DNA of 56,140 bases, counting the filler, from Jimgerdemannia flammicorona (taxonomy: Eukaryota), in the NCBI GenBank assembly GCA_003990765.1. It is 3 parts of 3 records of this genome, joined end to end, with 100 filler letters (N's around TTAATTAATTAA, not from the genome) between each part and the next. Parts side by side here need not be neighbours in the genome. Positions count along the whole stretch, not along the records: positions 37,497 to 56,140 come from RBNJ01002151.1; 2 more parts are not named here. The stretch is one strand, 5' to 3'. Shown here in pieces: positions 37,870-52,860 of the stretch. The notes beneath the pieces were generated by a model that ran no database searches, was not told where the DNA came from, and saw only the letters and a program-made list of their open reading frames with translations. How positions within the stretch are numbered: position 1 is the first letter of the stretch; each line of letters starts with the position of its first letter. Made by a program: the position numbers and the translations under genes.

Positions 37870-40800
37870 TTTTAAGCTAAAAAATAAATAACCACCACAA
37901 TAACTACTCTGACTACAAGAGACCCCTGCAAGAATTCAAGATAAGATAGAAATACATCTCCCTATATTCTATAGATATACTACTAAAGAGTCAATTCTGA
38001 TCTTTATTGAAGACTTTGAACAATTCACTGCCATACAAGCTCTTGCTGTAGATGTACAATTGGTCCTTCTACCAGTCAGCCTCAGAGGACCTGCCAGAGA
38101 TAAGTTCAATGCAGCCACCATTACTAATACTGGTGTAGCCAAACTTGCCAACATGAAGACCTTCCTCAGAACTATATACTATACTGAAGAGATCAAGTAA
38201 ACTCTCAAGGATCAACTCAACACTATCTGCCAGAGACTCATTGAAGATCCCAACTCATTCTACACCCAAATCTGCCATCAGATTATCTTGGCTAACTATA
38301 ATGATATTCTCAAGGAACAAATAGCTAATTTAACCTTTCTCAAAGGAGTTTACTCTAAAATTGCTCTAGCAATCTAGTCTACTCCAGCTGCTCTGATTCT
38401 TGACCAGAAAGTGGTCTTTGCACAGAGATATTAGACTGCCAGACACTCTGCTGAATACTCAATAGAGAAAATAACTGGTATCAAGATAGAGCCATCTAAG
38501 CCAACTAGTATCATATCTGCCATAGTTATAAACAGACAATCATCCCCACCTACCCTCAAGACAGCCAAAGCTGATCCAGTGGAGGAACTCACCAAGCAGT
38601 TTGCCAAAATGACTATACACCTTAGTGATATTGTTAGAGAAGTTTGAAGTACCAACAGGAGACCAGTATAGAGATTTGTAGTTGCTATAGAAGAATGCAA
38701 TATTACATACTTCAGATATGGAAAAGAAGACCACTATATAAAGATTTGTATGACTAAAACAAGATATAAAGCCCAACTAAGCAATGCTATCAGAACTAGA
38801 GAATAAACCAATCTAGTAGTTATCAAGGAGATTAGTGATACTGATGATGAAGAATACTATGAGGAGTCTGAATTCTACTCTATTACTGAAGGTATCAGAA
38901 TCTGGTCCAAGCCCTATAACAAGAAGAGTAACAGCAAGCCAGTTAGAACATCAAAGAAGACCCCAGCTATCACTATTCAAAGTAAGACCCAATTCAAGAA
39001 GATTGATCAAGATATAGAGTTAGATGAAGCTATCTACCAAATCATTAATGGCACTACTCTAGTCTCAGGAGAAAGTGAAAGCAAGAAAGAACAGAAGCTG
39101 CACAAGACCAAGATCCATCAGTATGATATCTACAAGGACCTCAAGGAACAGAAAGTCAATGCTACTTTTGGACAACTAGCTGAAGTCCCTGCCTTCAGAC
39201 AGCAGTTGAGAGTAGGACTCACAACTACTGTCAAGAATCAAGAGTACAAGATTGTAGAAGCTCATAATTCACAAGAAGAATTTAAAGACTCAGGTAAAGA
39301 ATATGAAGACCAGCATAAGACATCAGCCTATACTCTATGTCAGATTGAAGATTATATCTTTGATGCCATCATTGATACCAGTGCTAGAGGATGCCTCATG
39401 AGTAAGAAGACAATTGACCACCTAGGCTGGGACATTGAAGAGTCTACCAAGATAGTCTATATCACAGTAGATGGTATACAAGCTACCCCTCTAAGCAAGA
39501 TCCAAGAAGTACCCATCAAGATAGGAGGAGCTACTATTCTAGTAGATATGATTGTTATAAGCACTACTAACTATAACATCCTTATTGACAACTAATGGCT
39601 TTACAAGACCAAGGCTGTCATTAACCTCAATGCTCAGAAGATACAAATCAACTATAGAGGAAGAAAGATACAAGTCTCTATCAATGTTCACAAGGAAGTA
39701 CTACCAGATATGAAGGAAGAAGATGAAGAAGACACAGAAGTCTTCATGCACTCAGTATATAAGAACAAGAGCAAGACATCTAAGCTCACAGATGAGCAGT
39801 GGTATAATAAGATCATTGATGGCTATGTCTCTTGAAGATACCCCTATGGTACCAGAATGTACTGCTCTGAACACCTGAATGACTACTGGTCCTATATCAG
39901 TGAAGTCAGGAAAATCTGCTAACAAAAGTATAAACAACAAGCTGCTAAAGCAAAAAGAGAAGCTGAAGAAGATGACTAGTCTCCAGAGCTTCAAACTAAT
40001 AGTGGAGGAATAAGAATCAGACATCATCCTTAAGATTAAGATATTCTACTCCAAAGCTAAGGTCCCAGAATATAAGACTGAAGGAGTCATAGGAATAGAC
40101 CTTGCCAGCATTCAAGATACTATCTTTGAACCACAGATCACTACTCTACTTGGTACTAGAATTGGAGTCAAGTTGCCAGAAAACTATACTGGAATTATCA
40201 AGACCAGGAGCAATCTGGCCAAAAGTGAAATCTCAGTTAAAGGAGGGGTAATTGACTCTGATTATACTGGTGAGATCTTTCTCATAGTTAGGAATCACAA
40301 CCCCACTACCCCATTTGAAGTCAAGAAGCATGACAGAATTGGCCAGATGCTGATCTATGAAGTCAAGAAGTCTAAGATCACTGAAGCCATTGAACTTATC
40401 AAGACTAAGAGAGAAGAACAAGGCTTTGGATCTACTGGAAGAGGAACCTATACTGCTATCAAGATTACTGAACTTAGGCATAAGAAAGACAAGGACCAGA
40501 ACAAGAATACATATACCATCAGAGAAAACTTTCCCCTAGAAGAACAACTTCTCAAGATCCTGCACCAGAATGAAGGAGTACTTGTCACAGACTTTAGGAA
40601 TATCCATAATCAAGAACCTAAGTACTACCATGAAGTTAACACTGGCAATACCAAGCCCATCTACCAGAAGGCCAGACCTATACCATCTGTCTACAGAGAA
40701 TGGCTGTGAGCAGAACTCAAGGAAATGGAAGAAGCTGGAATCATCAAGCAAGCTATCAGTCTCTGAGCTTCACCCATTGTCTTTACTCTAAAGAAAGAAA

Positions 40801-43140
40801 GTAAGCCTGGAGAGTTTTCCCCAAGACTCTATATTGATTACAAGAAGCTCAATGCAATTACCAAGAAGGATAAGCAGTCCTTGCCAAATATTTAAGAAAT
40901 CTATACCACTTTTGGAAGCAAAGCCAAATACTATACTACTTGGATCTGTTCTCAGGCTTCCATCAGATTGGTCTCACTCAAGATGTCAGTGAGAAATCAG
41001 CCTTCATCACACTTAATGCCACCTATGTTTACCTACAAATGACATTTGGAATATACAATACCCTAGTAAGTTTTTAGTGAATAATGAACAGAGTCTTTAG
41101 CAATGAGATAGGAAAATAGCTCTTTGTCTATATTGATAATATGATCATTTTTAGCAATATTGTATGGGAATATGTCAACTATATACAGCTAGCTTCCAAG
41201 AAGCTCAAGGAGCATGGCCTCTATATTAAGCTCAAGAAGTACAAGTTTGTAGCTCAGAAAATCACTTACCTAGAACACTTCATCAATTAGACTGGAATTT
41301 ACATAGACCCTATGAAGATTGAGACTATTGCAGCCTACCCAAGACCCAGAACAACTATAGAAGTCTATGCCTTCCTTAGACTGACCTCCTACTATAGAAG
41401 ATTTATCAAAGAATACTTCAACATTATAGCACCTATCTATGAGCTACTGAAGAAGGAGATCAAATTCAAATAGACTAAGAAATGTCAAGAAACCTTCAAT
41501 GAACTCAAGACCAGGTTGACCCAAGCACCCATTCTCAGAAGACCAGATTGAAACCTAGAGTTCATCTTGTAGATAGATATAAGTGCTATAAGATTTAGAG
41601 CAGTAATAGCTCAGAAGAAAGATAGACATGAATATGTTATCTCTTATGCAAGCTGAGATATCCACAGAGCAAAACAGAACTATGAGTCATACAAGCTTGA
41701 ATACTTAGCAGTAGTTTGAGCAGTAGATAAGTTCCACTACTACCTAGCTGAGAAATACTTCACAATTCAAACAGACCATTCTGCTCTCACCTGGCTATTC
41801 TACACTCTGAACCCCAAAGAAATATATATCAGATAGATCTACAGGCTGTAAGAGTATAACTGTACTGTCAAGTACCACTCAGGAAGAACCAATGCCAATA
41901 CTGATATACTCTCAAGAATACTCTGAAATACCCTCATCAAGACTATTCAACATGAATAAGAAGCTATATTATAGATTAATTAGCTACCTTGGGCAGTGGA
42001 AGATATCCAACCACCTCAAACCCTAGACTATCACCATCATCAACTGGACTTGGAAACAATTTGAACTAGATAATACTATACTCAGAAAAGAAGGAAAGCT
42101 TGTAATACCTGAATATAAGAAGTATCAAGTAATGAAGGAAGTTTACAAACAAGGATATCTAGGAGGAACCAATATATATAATAAAGTAAGAAGAACTATA
42201 TAGTGGCCTAAGATGGAAGAAGACCTGTGCCAATTTATCAAAGAGTATGATAAGTACCAAAAACAGAAACAAGATCAATAAGACTAGATACCTAAGTCAT
42301 CAAGAATTGAGTCTATCTCCTTCCACTACATTTCAATAGATATTATTGGACTACTATCAGTGACACTATCAGGAAACTGCTAATTATAGTTATCATAGAC
42401 CTCTTTATCAAATAGTAGAAGCAGAAGTATTACAAGAAGCCAATACTCTCTCTATAGCCAACTTCCTGTACTGAGAAATCATCTGCAAGACACCAAGACA
42501 AATCACTACAGACTAAGGCACAGAATTTGTTAATGGATTTCATGAGATAATGTATCAGAAATATAAGATTCAGCATATTAAGACTACTGTATACCACCTT
42601 TAAGGAAATAGACAGATAGAGAGAACTAATAAGACTCTTAAGAACATTCTGGTAAAGATTTCAGATATATATGACAATTGGGATAACTATCTCTCAACTG
42701 CCCTCTCTGTCCTATGAGATATATAGTCATAGAGTATACACTTTACCCCAAGAGAACTGCTCTTTGGAGAAGAAGATTCTGATAGAATCTCAGCTACAAA
42801 TCTAGATCTAACATAGAGACAGATTAACTCAGAAATCCAGAGACTATACCAAATCAGAAAGAAGGCTGAAGATTATATCATCAAGTTACAAGTGCTAATA
42901 AGAAAGAATGTAGAGAAGAATCACATGACCCTAGAACCCATCCAAATTGGAGAAAAGGTCCTACTGTATCAAAATATAGTAGAAGCCTTATAGTCATGAA
43001 AACTGGAGCCCAAATGAGAAGTACCCTTCTATGTGCAAGATATCAAAGGAACTACCTTCTGGCTTAGAAAACTCTCAGAGCCTATACTGCCTACTATAGT
43101 ATACAGGAACAGACTCAAGAAGTACCATAAACCTATATAA
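37870..43140 (+). pseudogene. Family D unit 1 gag-pol (gag, zinc knuckle, PR, dUTPase, RT, RH, IN; no chromodomain seen)
   Basis: PR AIIDTSARG at about 39365; dUTPase 40030-40445; RT PRLYIDYKKLN, LDLFSGFHQI, FVYIDN; IN ERTNKTLKNIL. Confidence 0.92.
40030..40445 (+). pseudogene. dut: dUTPase domain of family D (between protease and RT); second copy at about 47360-47770
   Basis: GIDLAS...GTRIGVKLPENYTGIIKTRSNLA...VKGGVIDSDYTGEI...DRIGQML...REEQGFGSTG. Confidence 0.93.
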
Positions 43141-45147
43141 GAGAAGTAAAATATGATGACTGCCTATAAGGTTCTAGTCTGTAAATCATAACAGCATATC
43201 TCATAACCAGTAGACAATCTGTCTAGACTATTCTCTAAGAGATATAGTATCAGTAACTACTCATCTGTAAGACTTTTGAAGCTAGAGAAGTTTGAACCAT
43301 CAACTGATTGGTCAAGATCAGAATTAGGACCTTATTCTATATGAAGGGAGCAACTCTTCATCATTATGCCAAAATATATAGGGAAGATACCAACTCATAA
43401 ATATCACTTTTTGACCCTCTGCCAGAAGTTATGAGATCAGCAAATTTTTCAGAACTGGACCAATAAATAAGAACATATAGGAGAAGATTCTTATTCAGGA
43501 GGAAGATATAATAGTGACCTCAGAATAATGATATTAGTACAGGAGATAGCCTTTTCTTACAAGCTATTAGATCAGAGTACAAGAAGATTATATGGCATGA
43601 CTCACCTAGGTAACAAAATGAGTAATGATGACCAACTGTGAGTCATTGTGACCACAAGATAGATATCTCAAGGAATATAAAAGAAGGATCAAGAAACTAC
43701 AGTAGCAGTAATCTAAACAAAGCTCACAGAAATAGTTCTAAAGACTTACTATAAATAAATACCTACTACTCACCAAACCTCAAGGTCCAGGAACCACCAA
43801 GGCCCCTCAGTCCAGGAAAGGATGTTCCAAGACATCAGAAGAGCTATGAGGACCCATATAAGAAGGACTCCTAGCCTTAACCTGGGTACTAGTGACTCTT
43901 ATCATTATATCCTCTACTGCTATGAAATGAAAACAAGGATCACCATTGCTACCAAATGTCTCTGGATATGGTAGGAGTATGAAATAGAAAATCTCCTCTG
44001 CTGGGAATTCCCTCAGGCCAGTTACTAAGAAATACAAGATGTTATTCCCATAGATGTATGTGAAATAAGAATAGCCAAGAAGATTTATCAGGTCTTTAGG
44101 CATATACCATGATTGATCTCCAACTTGGAGTATACTAGGATCTCAGACTTCAAGGAACTATCAGTCTACTGTACCAATGTACTAGAGGCCATGGTGGCCA
44201 CAGAAGTCCAGTCTACTATCACTCTCAATAGTAATGAGGTACATAGAAGAGTTCTGGAACCCTATTTACAAGGATAATCTTGATTAATTCTTATAAGAAT
44301 TGATCTCAGCATTCCAAGGCCCCAGCATTCAGGTTAGACCTCCTCAAGATCCCACATTTGTCTCTTATTTTGTAGAAGAGAACCTCATAGATTGGAGAGC
44401 TCCAGACCTCCTTACTTTCTTTGCTACTGAACAAAATGACATTACTTATAACAATATCATCAATAATGACATCATCCCATATGATATGCACAAAGCACAT
44501 GAAATATATGATATATACAACAAGATAGACAAAATGTTCACAGACCTCATCTCCTTCAAAGACATCCTGTCTCTAACCTCTGGCCTTGATGATAGTGATG
44601 AAGATAAAGTCTCTATGGTCCTAAACTTTCTGCTCTAAGTTCTTAGTAATACCAAATTCTATCAGTATCCTTTTTCTGTATAACTGTTATTCTTCTGGCA
44701 TTCTGATCTTGTGTAACTCAGAAATTCTTCTGGTATTCTTTTTCTATACTATTGAAATTCTACTGATATCCTGAACTTATGTAACTATTTGTACAGACAC
44801 TTGAACTTATACTTACAACCATAGTTTTCTATATTTCAGTATTTTATTTAGTTATTAGAATTTATATTTAGCTTTATAACTTAGCAATTATTAAATTATA
44901 TTTTGTATAAATATCTCTCTTATTTTCTTTGAAATAAAGTCAGTTCCAGTTCACTTATCCTCAATTTCATGCAAGCAATCTAACAGATAACAAGACAGTT
45001 TAAAGATAAGAAGTTTGAGGACTATAAGACCTTGGAAAGGCACTCTAATAAGAACTTACTTATAACAAACTTATAGTTAGTCTAAGAGATATACCTTGGA
45101 GAGAATCTGACATTTTTAAAGGACTCAGCAACCACTATGTGATAACT

Positions 45148-45161
45148 TGGTGCTCATTGGC
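45148..45161 (+). promoter_or_regulatory. Family D primer binding site (tRNA not assigned)
   Basis: TGGTGCTCATTGGC lies 3 nt after the LTR end; a decayed version is at 37831. Confidence 0.65.
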
Positions 45162-45189
45162 TGATGATTCAAGATGAATCCCTCACTTT

Positions 45190-48100
45190 TAAGCTAAAAA
45201 ATAAACAACCACCATAACAACTACTCTGACTACAAGAGTCACCTCTGCAAGAATTCAAGAAAGATAAAAATATATCTCCCTACATTCTATAGATATACTA
45301 CTGAAGAGTCAATCCTGACCTTCATTAAAGACTTTGAACAATTCACCACCATACAAGCCCTTGGCATGGATGTACAATTGGCCCTTCTACCAGTCAGCCT
45401 CAGAGGACCTGCTAGAGATAAGTTCAATACAGCCACTATTGCTGATACTGGTGCAGCCAAACTTGCTAATATGAAGAACTTCCTCAGAACTATATACTAT
45501 ACTAAAGAGATCAAGCAAGCTCTCAAGGATCAACTCAATACTATCTGCTAGAGACTTAGTGAAGATCCTAACTCATTCTACACCTGAATCTACTACCAGA
45601 TTATCTTGACTGACTATGATGATACCCTCAAGGAACAAATAGCTGATTCAATTTTCCTTAAAGAAGTTCACCCTGAAATTACCCTAGCAATCCAGTCTAC
45701 TCCAGCTGCTCTGACCCTTGATCAGAAAGTGGTCTTTGTACAGAGATATTGGACTGTCAGATATCCCACCAAATACTCAATGGAGAAAATAACTAGTATC
45801 AAGATAGAGTCATCAAAGCCAACCAGTATCATATCCACCACAGTTGTAAACAGACAACCATCCCCACTTATCCCCAAGACAGCCAAAGCTGATCTAGTAG
45901 AGGAACTCACCAAGCAGTTTGCCAAGATGACTACATATCTTGGTGATATTATTAGAGAAGTCTGAAGCACCAACAGAAGACCAGTATAGAGATTTGCAGT
46001 TGCTATAGAAGAACACAATATTATATGCTTCAGTGTAGAGAAGAAGACCACTATACAAAGAGTTGCATGACTGAAATAAGACACAAAGCCCAACAAAGTA
46101 ATGTTACCAGAACCAGAGAACAAACCAATATAGTAGTTATCAAGGAGATTGGTAATACTGATGATAAAGAATACTATAAGGAGTCTGAATTCTACTTTGT
46201 TACTAAAGGTACCAGAACCCAGTCTAAGCCCTATGATGAGAAGGGTAACAGCAAGCTAGTTGGAAGACCAAAGAAGACCCCAGCTATTACTATTTAAAGT
46301 AAGACCCAACTTGAGGAGATTGATCAAGATATGGAGTTAGATGAAGCTGCTCACCAAATCATTGAAGGCACTACTCCAGTCTCAGGAGAAAGTGAAAGCA
46401 AGAAAGAACAGAAGCTGTGCAAGACCAAGATCAACCAGTATGATACATATCTATAAGGATCTCAAGGAACAGAAGGTTAATGCTACTTTTGGACAACTAG
46501 CTGAAGTCTCTGCCTTCAGACAGTAGTTGAGAGTAGGACTTGTAATTACTACTAAGAATCAAGAGTACAAGATTGTAGAAGCTCACAATGCACAAGAAGA
46601 ATCCAAAGACTTAGGTAAAGAATCTGAAGACCAGTGTAAGACATCAGTCTACACTCTATATCAGATTGAAGATTTTATCTTTAATGTCATCATTGATATC
46701 AATGCTTGAGGATGTCTCATAAGTAAAAAGGCAATTGACCACCTAGGCTGGAATATTGAAGAGTTCACCAAGATAGTCTATATCACAGCAGATGGCACAT
46801 AAGCTATCACCCCTAGACAAGATCCAAGAAGTATCCATCAAGATAGGAGGAGCTACTATCTCAGTAGACATGATTGTTACAAGTGCTACCAACTATGATA
46901 TCCTTATTGGCAACCAATGGTTTCACAAGATCAAGGCTATCATTGACCTCAATACTCAGAAGATACAGATCAACTATAGAGGAAAAAAAATATGAGTCTC
47001 TATCAATGTCCATAAAGGAGTACTACTAAATATAGAGGAAGGAGATGAAGAAGACACAGAAGTCTTTATGCACTTGGTGTATAAGAACAAGAGCAAGATC
47101 CTAAGCTCATAAATTAGCAGTAATATAATAAGATTATCAATGGCCATGCCCCTCAAGAAAGATGCCCCCATGATACCAGGATGTACTGCTCTGAACACCT
47201 GAATGACTACTGGTTCTGTATCAGTGAAGTCAGAAAAATCTGCCAACAAAAGTATGAGCAAGAAGCTGCTGAAGCAAAAAAAAAAGCCAAAGAAGATGAT
47301 CAGCCCTCAGAGCTTCAAATTAACAATAATGACAAGGAGGAATAAGAACCAGACATCATCCTCAAGATCAAGAAGTTTCACTCCAAAGCTAAGATCCCAG
47401 AATACAAGACTGAAGAAGCCATAGGAATGGACCTTGCCAGTATTTAAAATGCTATCTTTGAACCACAGACCACCACTCTACTTGGAACTGGAATTGGAGT
47501 CAAGTTACTAGAGAACTATGCTGGAATTATCAAGACAAGGAGTAGTCTGACCAAAAGTGAAATCTCAGTTCAAGGAGGAGTAATTGACCCTGATTACACT
47601 GGCAAGATCTTTCTTATAGTCAGAAATCACAACCTCACTACCCCATTCAAAGTCAAGAAGTATGACAGGATTAGCCAGATGCTGATCTATAAAGTTAAGA
47701 AGTCTAAGATCACTGAAGCTATTGAACTCATCAAGACCAAGAGAGGAGAACAAGGCTTTGGATCTACTGAAAGAGGAGCCTATACTGCCACTAAGATTAC
47801 TGAACTTAAGTATAAGAAAGACAAGGATCAGAATAAGCATACATATACCATCAAAGAAAATTTTCCCCTAGAAGACTTCTGAAAATCTTATATCAGAATG
47901 AAGAAGTACTTACTACAGACTTCAGAGATATCCACAATCAAGAATCCAAGTACTATTATGAAGTTGACATAGACAATACCAAGCCCATCTACCAGAAAGT
48001 CAGACCTAAACTATCTGTCTACAGAGAATGGCTGTGAGCAGAACTCAAGGAAATAGAAGAAGCTAGAATCATCAAGCAAGCTATTAGCTCCTGGGCTTCA

Positions 48101-50433
48101 TCCATTTTTCTCACTCCAAAGAAAGGAAGCAAGCCTGGAGAGTTTGCTCCAAGACTCTATATTGATTACAGGAAGCTCAATGTAATCATCAAGAAGGATA
48201 GGTAGTCCTTGCCAAATATTCAAGAATTTCTTACCACTCTTGGAAGCAAAGTCAAATACTACACTACTTTGGATCTATTCTCAGGCTTCCATCAGATTGG
48301 TCTCACTCAAGATACCAGTAAGAAATCAGCCTTTATTACATCTGATGCTATCTATGTCTACTTATGAATATCATTTGGAATATACAATACCATAGTAAGT
48401 TTTTAGCAAATAATAAACAGAGTCTTCAGTAATGAGATTGGAAAATAACTCTTTGTCTATATTGATAATGTGATCATCTTCAGCAATACTATATGGAAAT
48501 ATATCAACCATATATAGCTAGCTCTTAAGAAGCTCAAAGAGCATGGCCTCTATATTAAGCCTAAGAAGTATAAGTTTGTAGCTCAGGAAATTGCCTACCT
48601 AGGACATCTTATCAACTAGACTAGAATTCATACAGACCCCATGAAGATTGAGTCTGTTGCAGTCTACCCAAGACCCAGAACAACTATAGAAGTCTATGCC
48701 TTCCTTGGACTGGCCTCCTACTATAGAAGATTCCTCAAAGAATACTTCAATATTGTAGCACTCATCTATGAGCTACTGAAGAAGAAGACCAAATTCAAAT
48801 GGACCAAGGAATATCAAGAAACCTTCAATGAACTCAAGACCAGGTTGACCCAAGTACCTATTCTCAGAAGACCAAATTGGAACCTAGAGTTCATTCTGCA
48901 GACAGATGCAAGTACTATAGGACTTGGAGCAGTCCTAGCTCAGAAGAAAGTTGGACATGAATATGTCATCTCCTATATAAGCTGAGATATCTATAGAGCA
49001 GAACAGAACTATGAGTTATGTAAGCTTGAATGCTTAGTAGTAGTTTGGGCAGTAAATAAGTTAAACTACTACCTAGCTGAAAAATACTTCAAAATTCAAA
49101 TAGACTATTCCACTCTTGCCTGGCTATTCCACACTCTGAACCCTAAAGAAATATATATTAGATAGATCTATAGGCTGCAAGAGTATGACTATACCATCAA
49201 GCACTACTTAGGAAGAACCAATACCAATGCTGATATACTCTCAAGGATATCCCAAAACACTTCCATCAAGACTATTCAATATGAATAAGGAGCTATACTA
49301 TAGATTAATTAGCTATCTTAGACAGTAGAAGATATCTGAAATAATTTGAACTAGATAATACCACACTCAGAAAAGGAGAAAAGCTCATAATACCCAAATA
49401 TAAGAAGTATCAAGTAATGAAGAAAGTATATAAACAAGAATATCCAGAAGGAACCAATATATACAATAAAGCAAGAAGAACTATATAGTGGCCTAAGATG
49501 GAAGAAGACCTACACCAATTTATCAAAGGGTGTGACAAGTGCTAAAAACAGAAACAAGATCAGTAAGACCAGGCACCTGGGTTATTAAGAATTGAGCCTA
49601 TCTCCTTCCACCACATTGAAATAGATATTATTAGACCACTACCAGTAATACTATTAGGAAACTGCTATATTATAGTTATTATAGACCTCTTTACTAAATA
49701 GATAGAAGCAGGAATATTACAAGAAGCCAATGCTCTCTCTATAGCCAACTTCCTGTACTGAGAAATCATCTATCACTACAAGATACCAAGGCAAATCACC
49801 ACACACTATAGCACAGAATTTGTCAATAGATTCTATGAGATAATGTATCAGAAATATAAAATTCAACATATTAAGACCACTGCATACCACTCTCAAGGAA
49901 ATGGACAGATAGAGAGAACCAATAAGACCCTTAAGAACATCTTGGTGAAGATCTCAGACATATATGATAATTGGGATAACTATCTCCCAACTATCCTCTC
50001 TGTTCTATGAGATATATGGTCACAGAGTACACACTTTACCCCAAGAGAACTGCTCTTCAGAGAAGAAGATTCTGATAGAACCTCAGCTATAAATCAAGAC
50101 CTAATATGGAGACAGATTGACTCAGAAATCTGGAGACTACACTAAATCAGGAAGAAGGCTGAAGATTATATCATCAAGTTATAAGAACTGATGAGGAAGA
50201 ATGTAGAGAAGAATCACAAGACTCTAGAACCCATCCAAATCAGAGAAAAGGTCCTACTATATCAAAATATAGTAGAAGCCTTATAGTTATGAAAACTGGA
50301 GCCTAAATGGGAAGAACTCTTCTATATACAAGATATCAAGAGAACTACCTTCTGGCTTAGAAAACTCTCAGAAATCATACTACCTACTATAGTATACAGG
50401 AATAGACTCAAGAAGTACCATGAACCTATATAA
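45190..50433 (+). pseudogene. Family D unit 2 gag-pol
   Basis: ORF-track 48641-48985 (FLGLASYYRRF...PILRRPNW..FILQTDASTIGLGAVLAQ); collinear with unit 1. Confidence 0.92.
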
Positions 50434-52400
50434 GAGAAGCAAAATATGATGACTGCCTGCAAGATTCTAGTCCATGAATTGTAACAGCATATCTCATGAC
50501 CAGCAGGCAATCTGTCTGGACTATTCTCTAAGAGATACAGCACCAGCAACTACTCATTCATTAGACTTTTGAAGCTAGAGAAGTTTGAACTGTCAACTGA
50601 TTGGTCAAGATCAGAATCAGGCTCTTGCTCTATATGAAGGGAGTGACCCTTCACCATCATGCCAAAATATATAAAGAAGACACCAATCCATAAATACTAC
50701 TTTTCAATCCCCTGCCAGAGGTTATGAAATCAGCAAATTTTCAGAACTGGACCAATGAATAAGGACATACAAGAGAAGATCCTTATTTAGGAGGAAGATG
50801 TAATAGTGACCTCAGAATGATGATATCAGTACAGGAGATAGGCTTTCCTTACAAGTTACCAGATTAAAGCACAAGAAGATTATACAGCATGACTCACCCA
50901 GGTAATAAGATGAGCAATAATAACTAACTGTAAGTCATTGTGACCACAAGACAGATATCTTGAGAAATATAAAAGAAGGATCAAAAAACCATAGTAGCAG
51001 TAATCCAAACAAAGCTTACAGAAATAGTTCTAAAGACTTACTATAAACAAATACCTACTACTTGCCAAACCTCAAGGTCCAAGAACTACCAAGACCCCTC
51101 AGTCTAGGAAAGGATATTTCAAGACATCAGAAGAACTATGAAGACTTGTACAAGAAGGACTCCTAGCCTTAACCTGGGTATCAGTGACCCTTATCATTAT
51201 ATTCTCTACTGCTATAAAATGGAAATAAGGATCACCATTACTACTGAATGTCTCTGGATGTAGCAAGAGTATAAAATAAGAAATCTCTTTTGCTGAGAAT
51301 TCCTTCAGGCCAGTCACTAAGAAATACAAGATGCACTCTCATGGATATATATGAAATAAGAATAGTCAAAAAGATTCATCAGATCTTCAGATATATACTA
51401 TAGTCAATCTCCAACTTAGAGTACACTAGGATCTCAGACTTCAAGAAACTGTCAGCCTACCATATCAATATACTAGAGGCCATAGTGACCACAGAAGCCC
51501 AATCTACTATTATCCTCAATAGTAATAAGATAAGAGAGTTCTGAAACCCTATTCTTGAGGACAATCTTGATCAATTCCTGCAAGAATTGATCTCAGCATT
51601 CCAAGGCCCCAGCATCCAGGTTAGACCTCTCCAAGACCCCACATTTGTTCCTTATTTTGAAAGAGAACCTCATAGATTAAAGAGCCCCAGACCTCTTTGC
51701 TTTCCCCATTGCCAAATGAGATAATGTCACTTACAATGATATTATTGATGATGACATCATCCCACATGATATATACAAAGTATACAAAATGCACAATATA
51801 TGCAATAAGATAGACAAAATATTTGTAGACCTCATCTCCTTTGAAGACATCTTGTCTCTGATCTCTAGTTTTGATAATCATGATAAAGATATAGCCTCCA
51901 TGGTCCTGAACTTTCTGCTTTAAGTTCTTGGTAACACCAAATTCTACTAGTATTCTTTTTCTATATAACTGTTATTCTTCTGGCATTCTGATCTTGTGTA
52001 ACTCAGAAATTCTTCTGGTATCCTTTTTCTATACTACTGAAATTCTACTGATATTCTGAACTTGTATTTATAACTACAGTTTTCTGTATTCCAGTATTTT
52101 ATTTAGTTATTAGAATTTATATTTAGCTTTATAACTTAGCAACTATTGAATTATATTTTATATAAATATCTCTCTTATTTTTTTTTGAAATAAAGTCAGT
52201 TCCAGTTCACTTATACTCAATTCTATACAAGCAATATAAGAGATAATAAGACAGTTTAAAGATAAGAAGTTTGAGGACTATAAGACCTTAGAAAGGTACT
52301 CTAATAAGAACTTACTTATAACAAACTTGAGGTTAGTCTAAGAGATATACCTTGGAGAGAATCTGACATATTTGAAGGACTCAGCAACTACTACATAATA

Positions 52401-52860
52401 ATATATAATACTGATGAGACTGAAGACTTAGATGATCACTAATTTATAACTGACTACTTCTTTTAGTTATATAATAAAGAAGTTATTTTATAACAAATAT
52501 ATAAGCAGAATTCAATAGTAATATCATCTATACAAGCAGAGTATCAAGTATTGTCTATAGTAATAAAAAAAGCCATTTGACTATATCAGCTATTAAAAAA
52601 ACTCAGATTTAATCAGGAATAGTACTTTATACTCATCTATCAGAATAGCTAGTCTATGATTACTATGACAAAGAACTCTATTTATTACAGTAGAACTAGA
52701 CACATTGATATATAATACTATTATATAAAGGAATATATAGAGAATGAATCTATATATTTAGAATATATCTCTATAAAATATATAATTATATATTTGCTTA
52801 CTAAAGTTCTTTTGAGACTAAAATTTAAGCAATATACTGAAGAAATAAGTCTTATAGTAA
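52401..52860 (+). pseudogene. Ty1/Copia RNase H remnant, extremely AT-shifted
   Basis: KQNSIVISSIQAEYQVL...KKAI*LYQLLKKL...KNSIYYSRTRHIDI*YYYIKE...LLTKVL matches decayed KQ..VA.SSTEAEY and HSRTKHIDIRYH motifs. Confidence 0.8.

Larger units (their letters stand above)
37497..52400 (+). mobile_element. Ty3/Gypsy family D, head-to-tail tandem LTR-int-LTR-int-LTR (LTRs <37497-37827, 43507-45144, 50799-52400)
   Basis: Two collinear ~7.3-kb units. PPT aggaggaaga precedes 43507 and 50799; PBS-like TGGTGCTCATTGGC at 45148. The LTR start is confirmed by the independent copy at 54842. Confidence 0.93.

Noticed and set aside
43507..44640. Possible env gene downstream of family D pol
   Set aside because: It lies after the PPT, inside the LTR, and lacks a signal peptide or transmembrane segment; treated as a U3 ORF instead.
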